Shown here piece after piece: positions 13,105-23,585 of a stretch of DNA of 64,000 nucleotides. This DNA is from Albugo candida. Its lineage: Eukaryota. Below the pieces are notes generated by a model that searched no databases, had not been told where the DNA came from, and saw only the letters and a program-made list of their open reading frames with translations. The DNA lies in NCBI GenBank assembly GCA_040437565.1, contig JBDOQK010000039.1, positions 248,001 to 312,000 on the forward strand, read 5' to 3'. Position 1 is the stretch's first letter. Every line of letters begins with the position of its first letter. Position numbers and translations under genes: made by a program.

Positions 13105-14229
13105 CTACTCATGTGGCCGCACAAAGGCTTTGATCATTGTGGTCATGATTTGCATATGTGCCAGACGATCCTTTTCGCGTTCTTCTCGCTCAAACTGCAG
13201 GAATTTCATCAAAGAGCGTTCATGAGTGTCAATGATTTTATGTATCATGGCTTGATGGATATCCAATAGTTCATTTGTTCTATCGTTCCTTCGTTTGTAT
13301 GGTATTGAAGTCTTCGATCGTTTACTGTTCTTTCCTCCAATCTCTTCGCACGAAGACGATTGTGAACGCTCTACAACCCCGACGTTCCGCTTCATTCTCG
13401 ATAGATTCGAGCTATTCTCCGAACGCTCCGTGTCTGTTCGACCCTCCACTACCTTCTCGCTTTGTATACGTTCCTGCTTATCTTCGCTCGAATGTGCAGA
13501 ATCGTGCAATTTATCACCATTTTCTTCACTATTATTTTCTGAAATTTGTTTTTCTATTCGGACGCCTGAAAAGTCGCCTTTTTTTTGCATATATTCACTT
13601 AAAATGACCTCATCGTCTTGATCCAATCTACCAGTGTCCTCCTCGCAAAGATTCGAATCACTTTGGCAATCCTTTTTCATACTATTTTGATCAAATAAAG
13701 ATTCTTCTTGCGACGTTTTGAATCCTTCCTGTTTAAATTTCGATTCAAAATTCGGACCAATACAAATTCGAAGATGATATTTCAAATTGGTAAATCCTGT
13801 TCCTCTGCGTTGTGCGTACACACGACGACAATGCAATTGCTTGCAGCGATAATGATCTTCATCAATTTTTTCGAAAAAAAAAGTGGTCATTGATTGACAT
13901 TCCAAGGCTCTGTTCACCATTCTATCATTGTCGACTGACGCACTTGATGCGCTCAGATCGTTTTCAATAGCACATTTCTCAGTATCTGGTGCAGAATTTG
14001 CAAGAGAGTCCATTAAGTACATTTTCTTTCTCGATACGATCCCATCTGTAGCCTCAAGCTCCTCTCTATAGCGTGGATGACGCGCCTTCAAGTGATTTAT
14101 AAGATTGGTATACCCCGTAGCTACTTTTTGTTTGATTGCATCGCCGCATAAATGACACTGATGTAAATTTGGTCGAAGCTCAATTTTTGTATAAAATGTC
14201 TGCGCAATATCTTTATTAGACCATTCCAT
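13105..14229 (-). CDS. Tandem BED zinc-finger protein with C-terminal coiled segment
   Basis: Two BED-like motifs: FY...CHLC...TGYTNLINHLKARH and FFF...CKQLHC...GTGFTNLKYHLRIC; intact 374-aa ORF. Confidence 0.8.
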   Translation of the reverse strand: MEWSNKDIAQTFYTKIELRPNLHQCHLCGDAIKQKVATGYTNLINHLKARHPRYREELEATDGIVSRKKMYLMDSLANSAPDTEKCAIENDLSASSASVDNDRMVNRALECQSMTTFFFEKIDEDHYRCKQLHCRRVYAQRRGTGFTNLKYHLRICIGPNFESKFKQEGFKTSQEESLFDQNSMKKDCQSDSNLCEEDTGRLDQDDEVILSEYMQKKGDFSGVRIEKQISENNSEENGDKLHDSAHSSEDKQERIQSEKVVEGRTDTERSENSSNLSRMKRNVGVVERSQSSSCEEIGGKNSKRSKTSIPYKRRNDRTNELLDIHQAMIHKIIDTHERSLMKFLQFEREEREKDRLAHMQIMTTMIKAFVRPHE

Positions 14230-14540
14230 TCTTGCGAATTCGTGCCAATTGAAAATATTGGAAATGGAGTCAAGTTAAATTTACATNNNNNNNNNNNNNN
14301 NNNNNNNNNNNNNNNNNNNNNNNNNNNNNNNNNNNNNNNNNNNNNNNNNNNNNNNNNNNNNNNNNNNNNNNNNNNNNNNNNNNNNNAAATGGAGTCAAGT
14401 TAAATTTACATCCAATTGGAAAAATTAATTTTGGCGCAGTAGTGTGAAAATCACTTCTATAACAGACTTTTGTTGGAGACGAACTCACAACAGATTATAA
14501 TGTCATCAAAATTTATATTCTTGTAAATCTCCAGTCCACA

Positions 14541-17121
14541 TCATTTCCAGCCGGCGCTCCATCGAGGTTTGCTATCATTCGACAGGCCTGTTCGAATACG
14601 GGATGCCGTTGGTGTCGACGGAAGGCTTGTCCGAACACGGCTGGCAGGTCTGTGGCTCACAGTATTAGCATCAATCACCAGCCAACATTACATCTCAACG
14701 TACCCTGCCACACTGGACGCTGTGATACTTTCGGTAGCCACAGTTGTTCTTCCTGCTCGTGAAGGATCAAGAATGAACCTTTCACGTAGTGGATTGGACA
14801 AAGTTACTGGATATGGAGAGCTTGGGGTCAAAGACACTTTTCTTGGAGAATGATCGGGAGCCTTCGAGTTTGGTGACATGTAAAACGATACTTGTTTGTT
14901 CGTGTTTTGTGCTGACAAAAGACTCTGAGAAGCCGAGTCGCATGAATCGTTGATTGGTTGAGTATCGTTAGCAACTGTGCTCTTGATTTGTTCAGGATCG
15001 TCTCGGCGATGCTTTTTGAGGATACTTCGAACTTCTACAGCGGGCCGCTTTTTGGTCGCTATGACTTGAGGTTCCAAGCTCCGTTTATCGGGTTGTTTCT
15101 TACTTGAGCTGAGATCCACTTTTGATACTTTTTTGTGCGGAGATAAAAATGTCTTTCCTGGGGTACTTTTCGTAGAAGATAGGATGTTAGCGTTCACATT
15201 TTCTTGGCCTTCCATTGAAAACTTTGAAGGAAGCTGCACATTTCCGTACCGATCATGTTCCTTGCTACAAGTAATTCACTTGAGTTTTTGGAGACAAGCA
15301 TTTTTAGCTACTTACTTTCGAGATGCATACAAACTCCATCGTCTTGTCATATACGGTAATGGATCCATAGACGAAGCCGGTGACGACATTCTTAAAGCCG
15401 TTCGAGCAGAAAAGGGTGATAAAGCTCGGTGATTTTGCAGACTTTTAAGCTCAACGTCATCTCTATTGCGTCGTTTGGCTTCATCCAAGCGATACTCTTC
15501 CAACCGTTTCTCATACTTTCGTTTCAACTCAGTTTCTTGTTTGAGTTTTTCTTGTAAACGTTCCAATTGTTTTTGTTGAGATGAGATCTACATCAGCAAC
15601 AAATACGTTTCAATGCGACGTTGAAATACAGTATTCCTTTCGACTTACAATTGCATTTAAACGACCAGTCTCACTGTGTTCTGTGTGCAGCGTTGTGTGC
15701 AAATTTTGACTTTCTGAAATTCGACTTGCAAATTTTAGCGTGTTGAGGGTCTCTTTCAAATCAGTACTTCTTGGACTAACGTGTACGAGCATCACAATAT
15801 TTCGATCTGGGTGACCTAGAGTCGCTTGTAATAAGTGTGTCAGCTTTGAATTTCGGTACGGAATATGTTTGTCTCTGGCTTCTATTGCGATCATCACATC
15901 ATTCAATGCGGCTAAGGATTTGTTGACACATTTTGCGTCTCGTATGCGAGGAATATGGGAAGTTTTCGTTTTGGTTAGCTTTTCTGATCCTGCGAGGTCG
16001 ACAAGCGCAATACGTCCATAATGATTCTCATCAAAGTCTGCAGACCCGCTTTTTTCCTTTCGATAAATATCCAATAACACGATATTGTGCGATCGTCTGC
16101 TTCCTTCTTGTGTTGAAAATGGAAGTAATTTTGCATTCCTCTTTGCTGATGTGATTGTCGAAAGGATGTCTCCAACACTTTCAACCACAACTTTTGAAAC
16201 ATTCTGCAGCTGAATGCCATTATCACCATGTCGCAATTCCCGATGATATTTGTGCTCCAATTTCGCATGCATACCTTTGAGACTTGGTGACAATAAGTCC
16301 AGATTTTGAGCATTTTTCTCGCAGTTCATTGCAATCAAATCGTAAATTTCATCATTGTAAATCTCAACTATCTGCATCGAGACCTTGAAATCATAGAAAT
16401 AACTTTGCTTTTCTTTCAAATGAAACAATAGTGCACCAGTGTGATAATAAATACCCGGATTTTCATTCGTCCCTTGCATACTGTACGTCTTTCCAGAATC
16501 TGTCTGACCATACGCAAAAATACACGCATGACTTCCATTATTCACGACTGGATGCAAAATGGGCAAGATCTCCTCAAAAACTTCTAATTGTGTGCATGCT
16601 TCACCAAATACACGTGGAAAATGGAATTTCTTGTAGACATTTCCATTCGACAATGCTGAAATCTGAACTGACTCATTTCTCTGATCGTTTGTATCGGTCA
16701 CGACCTTTTTCACCACCAGATCCTTCCTATGTCTGTAGCCATTTATATGCGACAGCACTCCTTCATGATCGTCTTTTACATGATCAGATGATTGTAGATC
16801 TTTGCTATCGTGAGTATACGGTCGTATTCGGCAGAGTAAACGCATGGTTCTCCTGGCACTGAGATCGTAACTTTGCTGCTGACATTTATGTAATAACTCC
16901 AATCGCTTTTCCCTTTCTGACTGAAGTTTTCTTTCCAAACGTTTTTCCTGTCGCTGTTTTAATTTCAGAGATGTCACTAGTTCCTGTCCTAAAAGAGCAA
17001 AATCTTGGCTGCAGAGTCGTATTGAAAGAGAAACATCTCTTTTCAGAGCAGTAAGAGATTCCTTCAATTGTTTGATGCCATTCGTATGTAGTCGATGTAT
17101 CCTTTCAGTGGATTCTCCCAT
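14541..17121 (-). CDS. Kinesin-like protein (kinesin-14 type motor, divergent), about 4 exons
   Basis: CRIRP, IFAYGQTDSGKTYSM, EIYNDEIYDL, LVDLAGSE, NKSLAAL, HIPYRNSKLTHLLQ, ETLNTLKFA; GT-AG introns link ORFs 15610, 15312 and 14688 and a last exon ending KPRWSAGWK* (3' end less certain). Confidence 0.85.
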
Positions 17122-17426
17122 TCTTGTCCATGCGGTAGATGGCGTATCGTTGGATTTATGTGGCGCCCTTTATCGCTCGTAATGCGTGTATTTCAAAACT
17201 TTGGAATACNNNNNNNNNNNNNNNNNNNNNNNNNNNNNNNNNNNNNNNNNNNNNNNNNNNNNNNNNNNNNNNNNNNNNNNNNNNNNNNNNNNNNNNNNNN
17301 NNNNNNNNNTATTTTTTTAGATTCTTTACTTATCTATTATATGTACAAGGTTATGCATTTACGTAGAACGTAACGGATCTTGCGACTGTCTTTTCGTTAT
17401 GAATAGTAATTTCTTTGTCGTAGGTC

Positions 17427-19312
17427 ATGAAGTTCTGGAATACTTTGACTTCCAACAATCGTCCAAATTCCATTAGTGATTCTTCGTGGCAAATTGTCAC
17501 CTTCATCACCCTTACCGCATGCTCTCTGACTGCTGCTAGCATCATTTACATATATACAAACGCGAGAGATCCTAAAGCTTCCATATCGCCACAAAGCAAG
17601 CGATTCCCACGCGCTGCTAGAAGACCAATCAGTAAATTGGCTTCGAATAAGACGCATCATAGCGAGCAACAACCACGTTTTATCTACAAATACGTAAAAA
17701 GCGCTGACTCGCCAATGTCTGCCGACCATCGGACCACTTCTGCTGTGAAGAGCACAGGTAGGAATCCCATATGCAATTAGCTACCGATCGAATTTTAATG
17801 CATTGAGCTCATCCAAGCCATCCAATACCTCAATAATCCTAACGCATGCTATCCATTCACTGTTGGCGAAACAGAAGATTCCGATGAATTTGACGATATC
17901 AAAAGCGTCGTTCTCGCGCTCTGTTCCGATTGGTGGATGCTTGTATTCGTTGTAGGAGTGTTACAATGCTAAAAATGTTTCGATGTGTAGGAAAAATGCA
18001 TTGAAAGACGAGATCCAAGTCAAAATTGTAAGCGGAGGAATCACAAATCAACTCTATCGACTGATATGGATGGACAAATCGCTACTTGTGAGGATTTATG
18101 GGGAGAATACCGAGATACTCATTGATCGACAAACTGAAAATGGTGACAGCCCAAACTCTTTATCTGATTTCACGAAATGAAAGAGTTGTGTAAACCATCG
18201 CGTTTGATAGAAATTTTTGCCAAATTATCTCGCGAAGGATTCGCTCCGACGTACTATGGTCGCTTCAAAAATGGCCGTATTGAAGGCTGGCTCAACGCTG
18301 ACCCGCTTGAGCCAGAAGATATGCAACAAGTATGAAAGCAAGTTTGCAAATTTTATTCTCGCAGAATTTTATATGTATATACGATGTAGATAGAACCTGT
18401 GCCTTTGGTCAAGTATGTTGCAAAAGAGGTTGGCAAAATGCACTCTATGCAACTCGACATCGATAGAACTCCGGTTTTATGGAAAGTCAGTAAAAGCTGC
18501 TGCTTGAATGCAGGCTTCTTGAATTGAAATTTCTATCGTGCGGGTGATGTGAACGTAGAAACTGAATCAATTCGTACAATTGGCAATGGAAGTACATTTT
18601 AGCGAACCAGAAAAGCAGAATGCTTTGAATCAGCTAAATTTGGCCCTATGGAGTAGAAAAGTGAGCTGGGTGCAGTCGTTTCTATCACCAGATATTGCAT
18701 GCACGATGTCAACCTCATCACAAGTCGGGAAAATCGATTCAATAACGAAAGAAGCCAACAAGTTTGCAATGGATGTTGTATTTTGCCATAACGATCTACT
18801 CAGCGGCAACATTCTGTACAACAATGCATGGAAACGAGTACAGATAATTGATTATGAATACGGTAGCTCAAACAGCTCATTTTTGGGACGCCTCTCACCT
18901 CAACTCAATTGATGTAGGAGCATACAACTTTCGTGCATTCGATATCGCCAACCACTTTTGTGAGTATTGCGGATTCGACTTGGATCTCTCACAGTACCCA
19001 ATGTTGGACCAACAGTCTAGATTTTTTGATGCTTACCTTGTGACGGCGGCACCGGAGCTTTATGAAAGACTTCACCTCCACAATCATGAAAAAAGCTTTC
19101 ACAAGGCTTTTTATGAAATGATCAATAAGTTCGCGATGGCATCACATGTATTCTGGGCGTTTTGGGCAATCGTACAAGCGCGTTACTCTAAGATTGATTT
19201 CGACTTTTTGAATTACGCCCAAAAGCGTTTCCAGGCTTTTGATCAACAACGAAAACTGTTATCTTTTGATGGCTTGACACACTCAGGAAGCAATCATTCA
19301 ATCCAATCGTAA
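17427..19312 (+). CDS. Ethanolamine/choline kinase, multi-exon, with N-terminal hydrophobic anchor
   Basis: SGGITNQLY, LVRIYG, YGRFKNGRIEGW, Brenner motif FCHNDLLSGNIL, IIDYEY, RAFDIANHFCEY, SHVFWAFWA. Confidence 0.9.
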
Positions 19313-22044
19313 TTATGTAAATTGTAATAAGCTTCAACATTGTGCTATCGACGAAAATGGGAATACGGTCTTGATTGAATGCTCATCGCTTTCGCTTAGA
19401 CTCTGCGGTTTCTGCGCTCATATCAAATGGAGGAAGATTTTCTAGTGACGTCGAATTACTGTCCTTTTTGAAGTATCTCTGAATTGTGACTGGCGTTTTT
19501 TCGGGCAGTACGAGCGTTAATTCTACTTTCATTCGACCCTTTTCGTCCAGAGATCGTATATCGACCAATACTCCGCGATAGGCTGTAAGCTGTGTCGTAG
19601 TTTTAATCTGTGATGCATCTCCTGCTATTGAAATGATATTATTCTTCAAAATAACTTCTTGACCGAACTTTAAATGTTTCGTTTCCGAGAAGATTCGTGT
19701 TCTCCTTGTGATCACAAAATCACCTGGCGTCTGATTGATTATCACCATGAGATCCAGCTTATCTGCTGCTTGACGCGCGATGAGCGGTAATCCCTACAAG
19801 TCAAATGGTTAGCTGGTGCTCGTTTCAGTGAACTGTAAACATACCATAGCTTCCAAGTAATCGTTCGTCGAGTCAGAATCATTCCGATCTAAACACCAGC
19901 GCCCGGAAAGATTGAGCACATGCACACCCAAAGAAGTTGATCCGGCTACGGCATTTGCACCCAATCCTGCGTTTGTTGGCACTGTATCGGAACTCGGATT
20001 GATTTTTTTAGGAGCATTCAAATTGGAAGTAGAGTGCAAGGGAACGTGGTTGGATGAAGTTGGGAAAGGTTTTGATTCTGAAGGAACTGGAACGGGGTTG
20101 GAAATGGTTCCTTGTTTACGTGCCAAACTTGTGTTCGCGTTTGCAGCGTGCATCATAGATGCAGCATAAGACGGTTGAGAGGGTGTGGCTGAACGAATTG
20201 GAATTGGCATCGATGAACCAACTATGCTGGTAGCGTTAGCAGCGTNNNNNNNNNNNNNNNNNNNNNNNNNNNNNNNNNNNNNNNNNNNNNNNNNNNNNNN
20301 NNNNNNNNNNNNNNNNNNNNNNNNNNNNNNNNNNNNNNNNNNNNNATGTGAACGTAGAAACTGAATCAATTCGTACAATTGGCAATGGAAGTACATTTTA
20401 GCGAACCAGAAAAGCAGAATGCTTTGAATCAGCTAAATTTGGCCCTATGGAGTAGAAAAGTGAGCTGGGTGCAGTCGTTTCTATCACCAGATATTGCATG
20501 CACGATGTCAACCTCATCACAAGTCGGGAAAATCGATTCAATAACGAAAGAAGCCAACAAGTTTGCAATGGATGTTGTATTTTGCCATAACGATCTACTC
20601 AGCGGCAACATTCTGTACAACAATGCATGGAAACGAGTACAGATAATTGATTATGAATACGGTAGCTCAAACAGCTCATTTTTGGGACGCCTCTCACCTC
20701 AACTCAATTGATGTAGGAGCATACAACTTTCGTGCATTCGATATCGCCAACCACTTTTGTGAGTATTGCGGATTCGACTTGGATCTCTCACAGTACCCAA
20801 TGTTGGACCAACAGTCTAGATTTTTTGATGCTTACCTTGTGACGGCGGCACCGGAGCTTTATGAAAGACTTCACCTCCACAATCATGAAAAAAGCTTTCA
20901 CAAGGCTTTTTATGAAATGATCAATAAGTTCGCGATGGCATCACATGTATTCTGGGCGTTTTGGGCAATCGTACAAGCGCGTTACTCTAAGATTGATTTC
21001 GACTTTTTGAATTACGCCCAAAAGCGTTTCCAGGCTTTTGATCAACAACGAAAACTGTTATCTTTTGATGGCTTGACACACTCAGGAAGCAATCATTCAA
21101 TCCAATCGTAATTATGTAAATTGTAATAAGCTTCAACATTGTGCTATCGACGAAAATGGGAATACGGTCTTGATTGAATGCTCATCGCTTTCGCTTAGAC
21201 TCTGCGGTTTCTGCGCTCATATCAAATGGAGGAAGATTTTCTAGTGACGTCGAATTACTGTCCTTTTTGAAGTATCTCTGAATTGTGACTGGCGTTTTTT
21301 CGGGCAGTACGAGCGTTAATTCTACTTTCATTCGACCCTTTTCGTCCAGAGATCGTATATCGACCAATACTCCGCGATAGGCTGTAAGCTGTGTCGTAGT
21401 TTTAATCTGTGATGCATCTCCTGCTATTGAAATGATATTATTCTTCAAAATAACTTCTTGACCGAACTTTAAATGTTTCGTTTCCGAGAAGATTCGTGTT
21501 CTCCTTGTGATCACAAAATCACCTGGCGTCTGATTGATTATCACCATGAGATCCAGCTTATCTGCTGCTTGACGCGCGATGAGCGGTAATCCCTACAAGT
21601 CAAATGGTTAGCTGGTGCTCGTTTCAGTGAACTGTAAACATACCATAGCTTCCAAGTAATCGTTCGTCGAGTCAGAATCATTCCGATCTAAACACCAGCG
21701 CCCGGAAAGATTGAGCACATGCACACCCAAAGAAGTTGATCCGGCTACGGCATTTGCACCCAATCCTGCGTTTGTTGGCACTGTATCGGAACTCGGATTG
21801 ATTTTTTTAGGAGCATTCAAATTGGAAGTAGAGTGCAAGGGAACGTGGTTGGATGAAGTTGGGAAAGGTTTTGATTCTGAAGGAACTGGAACGGGGTTGG
21901 AAATGGTTCCTTGTTTACGTGCCAAACTTGTGTTCGCGTTTGCAGCGTGCATCATAGATGCAGCATAAGACGGTTGAGAGGGTGTGGCTGAACGAATTGG
22001 AATTGGCATCGATGAACCAACTATGCTGGTAGCGTTAGCAGCGT
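18547..22044. repeat. Gap-flanking direct duplication: 18547-20245 = 20346-22044 (1699 bp), likely assembly overlap
   Basis: Same sequence on both sides of the 100-N gap 20246-20345 (offset 1799); gives a 5'-truncated second kinase copy and a 5'-truncated first copy of the FABP-like gene. Confidence 0.9.
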
Positions 22045-22066
22045 GCAGATTGGATGTGTTAGACAT
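21182..22066 (-). CDS. Protein with low-complexity S/P/N N-terminus and C-terminal FABP/lipocalin (calycin)-like domain; intron 21593-21643
   Basis: Spliced product NLSGRWCLDRNDSDSTNDYLEAM|GLPLIARQAADKLDLMVIINQTPGDFVITRRTRIFSETKHLKFGQE shows the FABP-type GxW and helix-turn-helix pattern. Confidence 0.7.
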
Positions 22067-23585
22067 CGTATTCAGGCAAAGTGCTCCAGAAGTAAAGGGA
22101 AGGGCACCGTATGCTTCAGAATACAAGTATTGAGGTACGCGGTAGTTGTTTTGCGATCCTCTGTAATGTAATTGATCTCACGGTCGAGCCAGTCTATTTT
22201 TCTTCCGCTTGTATTATTGGAGGATGTATTCTATTAATAACAAGTCAATGCAATATGTATATGTTCATCGTGGAAGATCTTTCGGGATGGAACTTTGAAG
22301 AAATGGTCTACTTGCTCAAAAGACTTGGGGAATGATCAAGATAGAAAGCTTTGCAGATTAATACTAGACGAAGAGGTGGTTTTCAAAAGAGCGAAGGTTT
22401 TGGTGCGATAATCGATACAAATCCAACAAAAGGAGTTGAAGCTTTTACACACAAAAATCGTCATGTCACGAGTGTACAATCGGCAAATGTTAAAAGCATC
22501 CAGCAAGAGATAAGCAGTATATACAGTGCAATCAAGAGCACATGGATCCGTCTGGTTTAGCTTGATTATCTATGTCATGCGTACTTGGTATGTTAGCGTA
22601 ATTGGTCGGGAAGGATGTATAACACCTCATGCAATTGATTAATGCGGCAGTGATTCTGACATACTCTAAAGTGTCACTTGATGCGATCAAAAAGTACACA
22701 GAGATCAAAACCATCAATATTCTGCGGTCAAAGTCGGACTTGGGGATCGACTACAGGTATAAACATCGATGTAAACACATTAAAATGAATCAGATTCCAC
22801 AAGTCTCTATACCGCATGAAGATCAGCAATCACATTGTTCACGTCTTTTTGAGCGCCGCGCAACAATACCAACACTCAAGATATACAGGATCCTCTCACA
22901 GCCACGAATAAAAAAATGCTTTTCGAGAAATATTATTATTGCGAAATTCTTACAATCTCAATCTTTAAGTGACTCAATCTACACTTTGCGCCTCTTCTTA
23001 TCTCACATGTCAGCTTCGAGGAATTTGATTTTATCAGTATTGTATAATTAATTGACGGACAAAATCTTCGCACACAATTTTCGTGGATGGCAGAACTTCG
23101 GTCTAGTTCTATAGAATGCGCACGAAAGTGAGCTCAAATACACTCGTTTCTATGCTGCGGCCTAAAATGTATACCATGTATTACTGTAAAGCATCGATCC
23201 ACAGACAATCCTTTGCGGGCAGTACACATTAGAGAAGATGTCGACCGCTCCAATTTCTATCAGGGTCAAAAACGTCAGGATGTCTTTGTTGCGCTCTACA
23301 GCAGAATTCACGGGTTACGTTCTCTGTGTATAAACAAGCCACGACCGGATCACTTTTACGGCGATACAATAATCCATAGAGCGTGTACTTTTGTGCGATT
23401 TTTTATCAAGGGCTCTTTTCTTCAATGACTCGACGATACCCTCCTATCCACATGCCAAAATGATTTTCTACGTGTAAAATAGCATTATCATATGACAACA
23501 AGGTCCTTTGCAAACATTGCGATTTGCCGATCTGTCTCAAGTAAACAAGTCATTGATCTGTATAAAGCTCGCTTTCTATCGTATA

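Noticed and set aside
20346..21111. Second ethanolamine kinase gene
   Set aside because: 5'-truncated copy starting exactly at a 100-N gap; assembly overlap
22111..23428. Several short ORFs between the FABP-like gene and the receptor kinase
   Set aside because: No homology cues or consistent exon chain found
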